DNA of 64,000 nucleotides from Patellaria atrata CBS 101060 (lineage: Eukaryota). Position numbers and translations under genes: made by a program. Of this stretch, positions 52,301-64,000 are shown in pieces; the first letter of the stretch is position 1; the number at the start of each line of letters is the position of its first letter. The notes below the pieces were generated by a model. That model saw nothing but the letters and a program-made list of their open reading frames with translations. It was not told the origin of the DNA and ran no database searches. Location of the stretch: positions 11,002 through 75,001 of the forward strand of contig MU006119.1 in NCBI GenBank assembly GCA_010093705.1, written 5' to 3'.

Positions 52301-54388
52301 GTGCCGGAGACGATGATCTATGTCGCCACTGAAGTGTGTCGAATCTTCTGCGTAACGCATGCCGGAATAAGGGAAGAATGGGGTAAAGCAACATTGCATT
52401 GGGCCACGTCCTGCCCTGTACGCCATTTAGCATGTCGATCGTTCCAGCTGTTCAGGTGCATATCCAGTTCCTTGGACCAGAATATGCTGGGTGACATGCT
52501 TGCCAGGCTGTCGAACACCATTGCGGATGAAGAGAGCGATATCCAGACTTTCTCTATGGAAATCCTCACTACTTTGAAAACTGTCATCGCCGCTCTAGAG
52601 CCAAAAGACCTTATTCAGTTCCCTCAGTTGTTTTGGACCACTTGCGCATGCTTGGAGACTATCCATGAAAGAGAATTCATGGAGAGCCTTTCGATGCTCG
52701 ATAAGCTATTGGACAAGTTAGATCTCAGCGACCCTTGCGTCATCCGCATACTGAAGGAGAGCTATCCTTCAAGATGGGAAGGGACGTTTGAAGGCCTACA
52801 GACCCTCGTGTACAATGGTGTGCGTTCCGATGTCTCAGTTGACCGGACGCTTCGCATACTTGAACGTCTGGTCGTTTTGCCCTCAAATGAACTTATCGGA
52901 GATGACAGTCGCCTGGTTTTCACAATATTCGCGCATTTCCCTCGCTTCTTAAGATGTTTCGAAACCGATTCCGAGGAATATGGCGCTTTCACTACGGCGG
53001 AGATCCTCGCGCAGGTATCAGAGTCGCAAGGTAAAGAATCGCTTTGTAGGGCTTTACGTAACTTTGCCCTTCGCCGGTATCGCGTAGATAGGGACTTTCT
53101 GTTGCAAATGGTCCATGCTGTACACGAGTCCTTCTTCCCAGATTTGGAGTATAAGAGCCTGATATTCTTGTTGGGCTTACTCACAAACCGGCTGCCTTGG
53201 TTTAAGATAAAGACGATGCAACTCCTTTGTGTCGTGATCCCTGATATTGATATGCGAAAGCCTGAGATAACATCCAAAGGACCGGATTTAATATCTCCAC
53301 TTCTGCGCTTATTACAGACAGAATTCTGCCCTCAAGCGTTACGGGTTCTAGACAACGTGCTGAACCTTTCAGCAACACCAACTCCATTGGACCGTCATCA
53401 CTTACGGATGAGCATGGCGGGTTCGCATTCAACGCGAGCATTTCGCAAAGAATATGAAAGAACTCAGAGTTTGTATGGGATACCCGAGGCAAGTGGTTGG
53501 TCAATTCCGATGCCCGCAATACATTCTTCAATGACACGACAAAATGTGCACGCAGTCTTCTATACGTGTGCAACCCCAGACGCGATATCGATGGAAGATG
53601 TTGCGACTCCTAAGATCGAGTTTAAAACTGAGGATGATCAGTTTGGAAACTACTTTCCCGACTACCGTACGACAACGATGACGAGCGATGACACACGGGG
53701 TGACGGGCATATGGGAGAACTGGCAATGAAGTTGGATAGTTTAGATGATTTCTTCAACGACGACATCACCACCGATACGCTCACTCTGCAATCTAGTCCC
53801 GATCTCACGCAGTTTCCGCTTGGGTCCGGTGATGCCAGAGAGACACTTTACGATCAGCAAACTCTCCCGATCTTACACAAGTCCTTAACCCGAAATGTCA
53901 GCGTCACATCCTTCCAGAGTGGGTTTGCAGACATAAAACCCTCCCGAGATCCTGGCGTTATGACGCCGACAGCATTCACCGCTGCTACAAAGATGACCTT
54001 ACCCCCAATCCCAACTGCCCCAATCAGCTCCGCTTCCGCATCTCGACCTGGAATGCATTCTCGCTCCGTCACCTCACCAGCCGTAAATCAAAGAGGTTCC
54101 CCCAGCAGCGTCTTTGCAGACGACGAGCCGTTTTCCGATGATGACGTTCAAGGAAGTCGTCCTCCACCGCAAGAGAAACCGTTCTCGCTAGAGAACATGA
54201 TACGTCCACTTGCTCAAGGGACGCGTTCTGGGTTTAGGTCGAGTATGCGACGACTCACCGGCGGCGGTGGTGACGCGAGAGAAAATGGAAAAACAAGAGA
54301 GGCGATACGGCTAGCTTTACAGAAAAGCCCACAGGTACCAAAAGTTCCAGATATGTATCTGCAGAATCCCAAGTCGGCAGACCCATGA
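46391..54388 (+). CDS. TAO3: Cell morphogenesis protein Tao3/Pag1/Mor2 (RAM/MOR network scaffold)
   Basis: Very long HEAT-type protein; KPLIDTLMFWRK, ATSCPVRHLACRSFQ, LYGIPEASGWS. Start inferred as ATG-T|GTGAGT at 46391; introns ~47188-47244, 47476-47523, 50856-50904, 51919-51970. Confidence 0.9.
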
Positions 54389-55008
54389 TTCCCAATGATT
54401 GAGTTTTCCTTATGTTCATGACCTTCAGACATTTGTTCACTACCATGGGATTTATTTAGCAAAAGGCCATAGATGGGCGTGAAGTTGGGAACGGTTTATT
54501 GGTGCTTGGATCTTGGATCTTGAATCTTAGTTACGGCTTTATTGTATTATGGCATTTGTGGGCGAAATACGCTTCTGTTCATTAGCTCTATTGTAATAGA
54601 TGTTGGCAATCTGGTAATGCAGATTAGGGTCTAAGACTACCACATACATCACTTGCAAAATGTAGATCGAGGACTCGTAAGCTTTACGAAAAGAAAGTTA
54701 TAAACAGATATAAGCAAAATACATGGAAGGAACCTGGTTACGGTACGGTAAGGTAGTCCCGCCCCGTCGCGAAGTACTGAGGTGCACCAAGCCCCGGTTC
54801 AAGTTTACCTTACCGCTTACCTTACTCGTACTGTACTATAAGGTAGTACCCGACCTTAGGTTACCACCGCGGCCTTTCACATACACTTCCACTTCTACTT
54901 CCATTCCCATTTAGATTTTATAGCATCGAAGCAGCTTCTAACCTCCTATTCACTCCAAGATCCATCTCTTCAACCTCCGGATTCTTTAATCAATACCATA
55001 AAAGCACA

Positions 55009-55800
55009 ATGGACTTCTCAGATATCTTGTGCGTACAGTACATCCAAGTTGCTGCCTGTAACTAGGCACGCGATCTTCTCTAGCTACCTGTTGAATAATT
55101 ACTGACAATTGCTTTACCACAGTCGCATGGTTAACTTGGCAATCGGTGCCTTCATGATCATGGGAGGTGTAGGCCAATTCTTCCCCGACATAGGACTGTT
55201 AGTATTCGTCTCGTCGATGCAAACCGGTTACGCCGTACGGTCGATTGTATGCTGAGAGGGTGCCAGAAAAGTTATTATCGTCGGTATCTATGTAATATTA
55301 TTCGGAGCCGGTAGGATATCCACGATAAAGATCTAGTAGGCCGAGCTGACCAGTGATTCGCAGCAACCGCTATCCTGGGTTCGTTTTCGCTTGTCCAACA
55401 CATGACAACTGCTGAAGTGCATGACTGAATATGGGTATAGAGTTCCAAATCCCTCCGCAAATCGCCAAATACGCCTCTTTCATGTTTTCCTTTATAGGCC
55501 GTGGCGTGTGTGAGTACAAGCAGACAGCTCCAGGACACAGAGGAAGGGTGTACTAATTGAAAGAAGTCTATATATTTATTGGATCCATCATGATCGGTGA
55601 GAACTGGTATCAATACGTCCCAGGCACGCTTGTTGGCGTGGTTGGGATTGGCTACGCTGTGCTTGAGTTTGTACCCTCGATCGAACCTCCAGCGAACATG
55701 AGGTAAGCAGGCTTTGAGAATTATGAACTGGATGACAGTAAAGTAACTCTGGCGTCAATTTAGGGATGCGGATGCCGGATGGGGTGCAGAGCAAGTGTAA
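55009..55800 (+). CDS. TVP15: Golgi membrane protein Tvp15 (COPI-associated), 7 short exons; absent from the ORF track
   Basis: Manual splicing gives MDFSDIFRMVNLAIG...KYASFMFSFIGRGVFYIFIG...LEFVPSIEPPANMRDADAGWGAEQV. Confidence 0.88.
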
Positions 55801-56319
55801 CATGTCTTTTGTCAAGCCAGTACACGGATATCGTTCGAACTTGGGACTTAACTTTGGAACACTTCCATGGGCGGGAGATTGTATGAGAGTTGAGTTTAGT
55901 AAGACTCGAAATGGTGTAGTCGGCAAATTTCTGCGTTGTATCTGCACACTATAACGATAAAGCTGTAGCTATCAAGACACGGCTAACTTAAGCCTGAGAA
56001 ACATTGGTTTTGTATATTCAGTTTTGGTGGGTTTAGTGAGGCAAGAGACATCACTAGCTGATGGATTATTGAAGTTGGAGATTGTGCTTGTATAGTACTA
56101 CCTTATCCTATCTGGATGTGTGTACACTAATAAAGAATACTGTACCTTGGATAGATTTAAGTATCTACTGTCTACCTAATAGGAACAGTGCTGTATTTAG
56201 GTTGCATTCCATTGTACTTGTACTTGTACATGTTAAAATACTGTAATGGAACCTGAGGTGGAGCCCAGGCACCCGACCGTTCAACACAGAGTACGGTATG
56301 TTACTCGTAAGAAATCAAA

Positions 56320-56350
56320 CCAATGAGAAATACCTTACATCGTGGCCAAT
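56320..56350 (+). promoter_or_regulatory. Paired CCAAT boxes upstream of sreA
   Basis: CCAAT at 56320 and 56346; sreA is a CBC/HapX target in Aspergillus, but neither site matches the full CSAAT-N12-RWT bipartite motif. Confidence 0.3.
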
Positions 56351-56874
56351 ACGGATTATGCGGTGCCTTCCGTTAGAAACCGATTAATTTTGAAGTGTAA
56401 TTTTCGATCGGATGATTAATCAGAATTGCCGACTCTTGGGTTGGTCGGACGAATCAAAAGAGATTGATTTACAATCAGTCATGTGTGGCCGCATCACAAC
56501 ATTCGAGGTCCCCAAAAGTCTTCAGGACGTCTACAAACCTCTACACCCGCCCACGCACCAAAAACGTCTGTTAAAGGAATTTTCAAGGAATTTCGAAGAA
56601 ACACCGCTTAAGTTAACTTGAATATGATCACGACTCATCTGAAAATTTCCTAGTTTACCTGTGGATAAGGACGTATACCGCGGCCCAAGGCAAACTCCAC
56701 GCCTCAGAGATACAAAGTGCAGCCCCTGTCCATTCGTGTGTCTGCTCCGATTCGGAACGTCCAAGAGGAAGCCAAATCACCCTTCTCCTCTTTCTCGTTC
56801 CCCCTCCTTTCTCTCGACAAGGCCACCGGATCGATGTTGTTATGATAGTAATACCGCAGAGAGGATACAGCACT

Positions 56875-58610
56875 ATGTCAAAGTCCGCGTCAGCCGGCGG
56901 AGGTGCCTCACTCGCACCTACTCCAACCCATCCGCATCAGCTGTCACGGGAACCTTCGAAGGAGGATATCGAGACGGCCACGCATCTCAGTATGATGAGG
57001 CGATCATTAAACGAGCATCCATCACACGAGACCCCCATACGAGCCCGCGATAGGAGCAGAGAACCTAGCGTCGGCCAGCCAGATCCTCCAGTTGGCGAGA
57101 TTGCGCCCGACTCCGTAGATGCCCCCGAATACCATTCAGTACAGGAAGCTCTTACTTTCGCAAAGGAGCTAGATACCGCCCAACGCCAAACCGGAACACT
57201 AACTCCCGTTTCGCAAAGGTCGAACGTTAGCAACGCACCCATCACTGGGCAAATCTGCAGGTGAGTTCCCAGAAAAGTTCTAGTTAGCACCGTAGTGTAG
57301 TCGGGGACGATCATATATTGATGGCACACAGCAATTGTAGGACAACTCGGACGCCATTGTGGCGTAGAACTCGAACCGGGGAACCGATTTGCAACGCCTG
57401 TGGGTTATATCAGAAAGCACGGAATCAGAACCGACCGACCAACCTAAAACGAACGGCGCAAACTAACCTTGGAGATGCAGCAACTGATCAATTGGGTAAT
57501 GCGAACGGCGAGCGCAGTAGATCTCCTTCAAGTGCTTCAGGTGGCCCACGTTCGACTTACGTGGCCGCTGATCATGTTCCGGCGGGCAGTTGTCCAGGTG
57601 GAGGGCGATGCAACGGTACTGGAGGCCAACAGGGCTGTAACGGTTGTCCAGCATTCAATAACCGCGTTGCAAAAACGGCCCAATTCGCACTTGCACAAGC
57701 GACGAATAGTAGACAAGATACTGGAAGCCCGCTACCAGGGGCCGAGTCAAATGATCCCAACGTCGAGCAATCATCTTCTCCAGTTTTGCAACAGCTTCAG
57801 AATGCACTCCAGGCCCAATCCCAACAGACGGCAAACGTAATCATTGCATGTCAGAATTGTGCAACTACGGTGACGCCTTTATGGAGACGTGACGAAAGCG
57901 GTCACACGATTTGCAATGCTTGCGGTATGACAAGCCCATAGTAAGAGATGAGACGAGACTGACCTGATTTAGGATTGTATTACAAGCTGCACGGCGTCCA
58001 CCGTCCGGTTGCAATGAAGAAGCAAGAGATAAAGAGACGCAAAAGGGTGGTACCTGCTGTTACAGATCAATCACATATCCTCCAGCGCCAGCAGCATAAT
58101 CAACATCAACCGCAGCAGCTACAAGCTCCCACCCGACCTCAAGCCTCAACTTCGCACACTTCGACATCTCCGGAGCCTAAGCAGTCATATCGACAAGATT
58201 CACAAGATCGCAGTAATTCCGAGAGTATTGACCCTGATCTACAACTACACAATGAAGCGCATCAAAGACCTTACGTGCCCCCAGCGGTGGATTTCACCAC
58301 TTACAGCAGGCGGCCCGAACATCATATACCCGAAGGCGATGGACCGAATAACACATATCCCCCGCCATCACCATTAGCTTCTACTTCTCGCAAACGGTCG
58401 ATATCCGCAATAGCCGAAGAGGCCGCATCTCAGGGTCAAGGACCGGGTGGAGTGAACCAGGAGGGATTCAGTGCGACGGTTATAGATCCAACGTTATCGT
58501 CCGTGGATGATAGGGCAAGGAGGAAAGCACACTTGCAACAGGAAATGGATAGGGCTAGGGAACGAATGCTAGCAATGGAAGAAGAATTGAGGCGGTTGAA
58601 TGCTGATTAG
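56875..58610 (+). CDS. sreA: GATA-type siderophore/iron uptake repressor SreA (Urbs1/Fep1 family)
   Basis: Two GATA fingers (CxxC...TPLWRR...CNAC) flanking the Cys-rich iron sensor [23 protein letters not shown]-terminal coiled coil; introns ~57261-57331, 57925-57971. Confidence 0.95.
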
Positions 58611-59336
58611 GGACGTATCGGGACAGCTGAATTTGCCTTTCATTGAATTTTATATTTTTTCACTTGGTGTCCGAGGCTTACTGCTGACAACTTTCGCGCT
58701 GAAAGGATCAGCGATGGCGTTCAAAATGGAAATGTGTACACCGTTCTAGCGAGGCGTTCAGTGCAAGGAACGGGGCCGTTGAGCATATTTTGTCGTGTAG
58801 CTTATTCAGATGGTCTGACGTAGTACGTAGCTCTCCGGCATGAATTGTACAACATACCCCCTCTATAGGGTACTATTCAAGTCTCTATAGTATGAGATTA
58901 TCTATAAGATATATTGTAACGTATGCGTATCTGTATAGAACTATTTGTGATAGATAAGGTAAGGTGCATACTCCGTACCAGGAGTCAGACTTGGCCTCGG
59001 CGAAACAATTCTCATGCGGTTAGGTACTTCTAACCTAATTTGATAAGAAACTGACAAATAGTAAGGTAATGTATTTCATCGTATTGATATTACTCTAGTT
59101 TACAGTACAGTACGGTAATGACGGGGCAGGATGCATCCCTCAACAACATCCAAAATTGTATCTAAAATCTTGCTTCATATAACAATCTTACCTATCAAAA
59201 CTGACCGCAGCTATTTCCTTCTAAATTTCGGACCGTAACCTATTCTCATGGAGTTTGAGAATTCCTGATTCCTATCGTAGAGCAAGTTCCAGCATCTAGC
59301 AAGCCAGCACTCAGCAACTACCTCTCCCGTCGGCTT

Positions 59337-61851
59337 ATGTCTCCCTCACAACCACCAAATGATCCAGTCACTGATAGCGACTCCTCTGTACGCCATAGCT
59401 CCAGCCGTCTCATTTCTACCGTTCAGCAAAATTCGACCAATGAAGCACTAAATACGGTTAAGGATGAACAGGAAGATGGGACCGGGGTTGCTATCGATAA
59501 GCTCCATGAGGATGAAGAAAAGACTTCAGAGAAATTGGAAGTGATTGAGGGGGGTAATCACGAGGAGCAAGAGCAACAGGATTTCAACGAAAAAGAGTCC
59601 CAAAATACGATAGATCAAAACGGAGTGTGGTGTAGAGAAACACTCCAAACTCCAACAAATGGAACTGTACCGACGTTGGAACTATCTGAGAAAGCAGCCG
59701 TGCGCTCTCCATCACCACCACCTCCGCCTCCTAAAGACGATAAATACCTAAGTACCAGCGACCAGACAACGCATATCATGTCTGACGAAATCGAGGTAGC
59801 CTCTCCGTCAAAGGAAATCAGACAGACAGAGGACAATGAGAAAGAGCAGGGCGAGAGTACAACTGTAGAGAATGATGATGCACAATCAGAGATTCAAAGT
59901 ATCATGGAGCAGTTCAGTGAAGGTGGCGGCATTGGAGAAGAAGAGATAATGTCCCCCAGATTGGAATTCGCCGGCCCTGTTCTTCATCCGCCACGCAAAT
60001 CCAGTTTAGAGCCCCTAACTACCGGGAATCTGTCACAAGGGGTGGAATCTTCTTACGCCCACAATTCACCCTTGCAATCACCGCCGCCTAGATCATCGTC
60101 CCTGAATCCCTCCAGTGCCATTAAAGTGCCTAGTGTCGCAGAGCAGGCCTCTATTCCTCACCGGCCCTCTTCAATACATAAGGTCCCGCCTCCCGAACCA
60201 GATCCTGAACCGGATCTACCTTTCGACTTTCATCGCTTCCTCGAGCAACTCCGCCATCGAACCGCCGACCCTGTAGCCAAATTCCTACGATCCTTCCTCT
60301 ACGAGTTTGGGAAGAAGCAGTGGATGGTACACGAGCAAGTCAAAATAATTAGCGACTTCTTGGAGTTCATAAGCAAAAAGATGGCAATGTGTGAGATCTG
60401 GCGGACAGTCTCCGATGCCGAGTTTGATAATGCACGGGAGGGAATGGAAAAATTAGTGATGAATAGGCTATATACACAAACTTTTTCGCCGGCCATTGCG
60501 CCGCCAGAACCCGTTACTCCTGGTAGGAAGGGGAAGAGAGGCGCTCAGCTACCTTTAGGCCCAGGGAGAAGAGGTCAGCATCAGGAGGACGTGGAGCGAG
60601 ATGAAGTGCTGGCTCAGAAAGTGAGTATCTACGGTTGGGTTAAGGAGGAGCATTTGGATATCAAACCAGTGGAAGAGAAGGGACGAAAATTCCTGACATT
60701 GGCACAACAAGAACTAAAGAAGATCGAAAACTATCGGGCACCACGTGATAAAGTGATCTGCATCCTAAATTGTTGCAAAGTCATATTTGGCAAGTGGATG
60801 AATCAGCTGGAGAGGGACATTCCGCTAATCAAGTTGCTACAGGTTTCCTCCGCAACGCACAATCCGATCAATCTGCTGATTCATTCGTGCCATTATTGAT
60901 TTATACCGTCCTCCATGCTAACCCCAGCCACCTGGTCTCAAATGTACAATACATCCTCCGTTTCCGTAACCAAGACAAGCTGGGCGGTGAAGCTGGCTAT
61001 TATATTTCTTCTCTGATGGGCGCAATCCAATTCATCGAAAACCTTGACCGAACATCTCTCACCATCTCCGATGTTGAGTTCGAAGCCGCAGTTGAAGCTG
61101 CCGTCTCAGCCATCGCCGAGCGTCACTCGGCCGAAGAGGAACGCGAACGGGCTCCAAAACCACCACCGCACTCGCCTTCTCGTGAGCGGCGTCCATCTCC
61201 GCACATACCACTCTCGGAAAAGTCGACCCTGAGCCGACCGGAGGTGACGCCGCGCAACAGCATGGACGCCGAGCGAGTAAGCCCTCGTCGCTCAACCAGC
61301 AGCAGAGGCGTGACAGGAGAAAGTGATGAAGAAAACACCGGCGACGCAGTTGCAGGACTGCTCAGAACGATGAAGAAGCCGCTAAGCACGATTGGCCGCA
61401 TCTTCAGTGATGATAACACCGCAACCACGCAAACGGCATCGGCACCCCGACTCTCGCCCATTCCGCCCCAACTCGCGCCTCCGGGACATATCGGAACGTC
61501 TACGCCGCGTATTTTTGACCCAGCATACGCGCAGAGCATGGCGGATGCGGAGAAGCACTCGACGGAGCGGCAGATCCGTGAGTCACGGCTGAGCGCTGAA
61601 GACTCTGCGGCCATGCAGGCGTCGGCTGAAGCAGAAGAGGCAAGACGCATACAGAGGAAGGAGCATAAGGTTCTCGTGGAGACGTTGCAGGGGATGTTCC
61701 CGGGGCTAGATAAGGAGGTTATCAGTGACGTCGTGAGAGAGAAGGAGGGGAGGTAAACCATTCCCCAACCTCTTAGCGAAAACTGTCATAACTAACGTTT
61801 TCGCAAAGGATTGGGCTCGCAGTGGATGCTTGCTTGGCGTTAAGCAATTGA
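59337..61851 (+). CDS. VPS9: Vps9 Rab5 GEF with C-terminal CUE domain
   Basis: PFDFHRFLEQL, APRDKVICILNCC, SADSFVPLLIY, GEAGYY, MFPGLDKEVI...AVDACL; introns 60790-60842 (GC-AG) and 61753-61808. Confidence 0.95.
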
Positions 61852-62553
61852 TATCATTTGCAGGGTACGGTCTTGAATCAGCGATGACTGGAACGAGTTT
61901 CGATTTTTATATAAGTTCAGCAAGGAGTTGTCACAATGGTTCATGTCGGAGTTTGCCTTGGAGTAAGTGCCCGAATAAGCGAGATAAGCTACGGCAGTTG
62001 TGTCTGCCAGACTTTCATAGCATTATAGTAGTGCTGAAGGGATGGGCCGATTGGAATTCCGGCGTATGAGGGAACCAACAGCATATTGCATAAGAGGGAG
62101 AACAAAATAGTGTCAAAAACAAACGAATTAAAGAACGTCACGGCATGACATGTACTCTACCATTTAGAACCAAGAGAACGACATGAATTTGAAAGAGCCA
62201 GATGTTGTTTCGAAGGGGCGCTCGTACAATGGAGAATTAGATCTGCTATTGCAGCCTTGACTAACCGTTTGTGGTCATTCCCACCTCACTGCATGTACTG
62301 TATAAATACGGCGCCTGTGTATGTGAGAAGAGCTTCAGCCGTATCCTTTCCTCTCTCTCAATAATATGGTTGTGCACTCACAAAGTACCTAAGACTGGAT
62401 TCTGTTAACTGTCGTTACAATTAACCGCACGACGTTATGTACGTGCGTCTGTCATACTCGAGGGAGATATACTCGTACAGAAATAAATCATAATTAAAGC
62501 AGACTGTACAGCGGATAAGAATCAAAGAAAAGCATTAACCAGATCTTTTTCGC

Positions 62554-64000
62554 CTAGAAGTTCATCATGTCTAGCATCCGCGTTAGCTAACAATCACTCT
62601 TAGTATCAAAGTGAAAGGAGACCTCACCTCTGCCGAACAGCGCTCTCTTACTCCAATCCATGGCAAGCAGAATTCTCGTTCTCAAACTCACGCTCTGCGC
62701 GAAATAAATACTTCTCCACAGGTATACCGCCAACAAGCCTCCCGAGAAGTTCATGCCCCCGAAATCAAACACTGCCGCGTTACCGATGTATGCCAAACTT
62801 CCCAGGTGTTTGTACTCGAATGCCTTGTAGATGGCCTCATCCAAGTCTCCATAGTCCACCTGATTAGCTTGCATACCCGGCGCCGCCTGCGCCGCCTTAT
62901 TGAACTTGCGGCCGAGGTAGAGACCCTGCTGATGCGCACGTTGAGCCGTCGCCGGTAGTGATGTCAGCTTCGAGTCGATCTGCCGCAGGAGTTCCAAAAG
63001 CTCGCCAAAATCCAGTGTTCCGGATCTGTCCTTGTCGTACTCCTGGAACAGCCTATCCAGACGTCGGAGATGGTCGGCCGCTTGAGGAAAGTGGACGCGG
63101 ACTCGTTTGGCTACTTTGCGCCAGTCGGAGAAGGAGATCTGCATTTCTTCCGGATTCTTGCCTTTCTCCCACGCGAGTGTGCGGAGGAAAGTGACGATGT
63201 GCTCGGAGACGTTATTTTGGACTGTGGAGCAATCACCGATGGCATAGACGTCGCCCAACGGCGCGCCAAGCAAGCGAAGATGAGTGTCGGTTTCAAGAGC
63301 ATGTTTGTTGTTCTGATTTTCCAGTTTTTGAGCTAGTATTTGGCAGAACTCTGTTTGGGCTTTGGGCCGTTTAGCTATGGAAGGGAATAAGTAGAGCATG
63401 GAAAGCCTTACAAACACCAGTGGACCAAAGACAAAACCCCATCGGGAGCTCTTTTGTAGTAATCTTCCCGTCTTCGCCCTTCTGACTAAAAAGAATCTTG
63501 TCGGCCTGGACTTCTTTAACGCGTGAGTTCGTAAGCACCTCGACTGATTCATGAGCGAAGCGTTCCTAAACATGTAAGCGTTGAACTTCACAAGTGATGG
63601 GAAAATGATAACTAGCCATACCTCTGCATACTTGGATAGAGCTTCATCATAGGTATTGAGGATATGGCCTCTACTCTGGATGACATGCACAGAGATCTCA
63701 TTGCGTAACAGTCTTGGATACATCTGTATAAGATCCTCGTTAAGCATGTCATACAGCTCCGCCGCAAACTCTACTCCGGTTGGTCCCCCACCACTAATGA
63801 CGAAGGAGAGAAGTCGTCGACGTTCCTCATCAGAGGTCGTGGGCAGACATGCCGTCTCCAAGTTCTCTATCACCTTATTCCGTATAAGCCGGGCGTCAGT
63901 GATATCCTTTAGGAAATGACAATGTTCAAGACCCTTGACTCCATGTGGATTGGTTACAGAGCCTAACGATGGTCAGAAACCGTAGTGGTAAAATGAGCTA
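62554..64000 (-). CDS. Type II (alternative) NADH dehydrogenase with EF-hand, 5'-truncated by the window edge
   Basis: GGGPTGVEFAAEL, YAIGDC, EF-hand DKDRSGTLDFGEL, LPATAQRAHQQG, YKHLGSLAYIG; several introns. Confidence 0.93.

Noticed and set aside
62295..62490. Possible ncRNA (TATAAATA followed by a segment ending ACAGAA) between VPS9 and the NADH dehydrogenase
   Set aside because: No convincing H/ACA or C/D structure by eye; needs an Infernal/Rfam search

Overview
Gene-dense segment of a filamentous ascomycete genome (Pezizomycotina, probably Eurotiomycetes), with short GT-AG introns and CTRAY branch points. It holds about 20 mostly housekeeping genes: a Bud3-like RhoGEF, MZT1, POL32, tubulin cofactor D, an Amt/Mep transporter, a SET methyltransferase, a Nudix hydrolase, DCC1, RIO2, RPN1, an RRM protein, cytochrome P450 reductase, TAO3, TVP15, the GATA repressor SreA, VPS9 and an EF-hand type II NADH dehydrogenase. 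The main unexplained structure is five copies of a ~0.5-0.6 kb TG...CA solo-LTR-like element (1-94, 673-1290, 25225-25741, 25742-26218, 26235-26775). The copies share a ~330-bp core, but their U3-like halves are interchangeable: each has an RTCACGTGAY palindrome followed by an array of short, inverted-paired motifs whose sequence differs between copies. Three copies fill the Nudix/DCC1 divergent promoter, and two of these form a near-perfect inverted repeat. An AT-rich, RIP-like relic lies at 95-600. Gene names come from remembered family motifs, not database searches.
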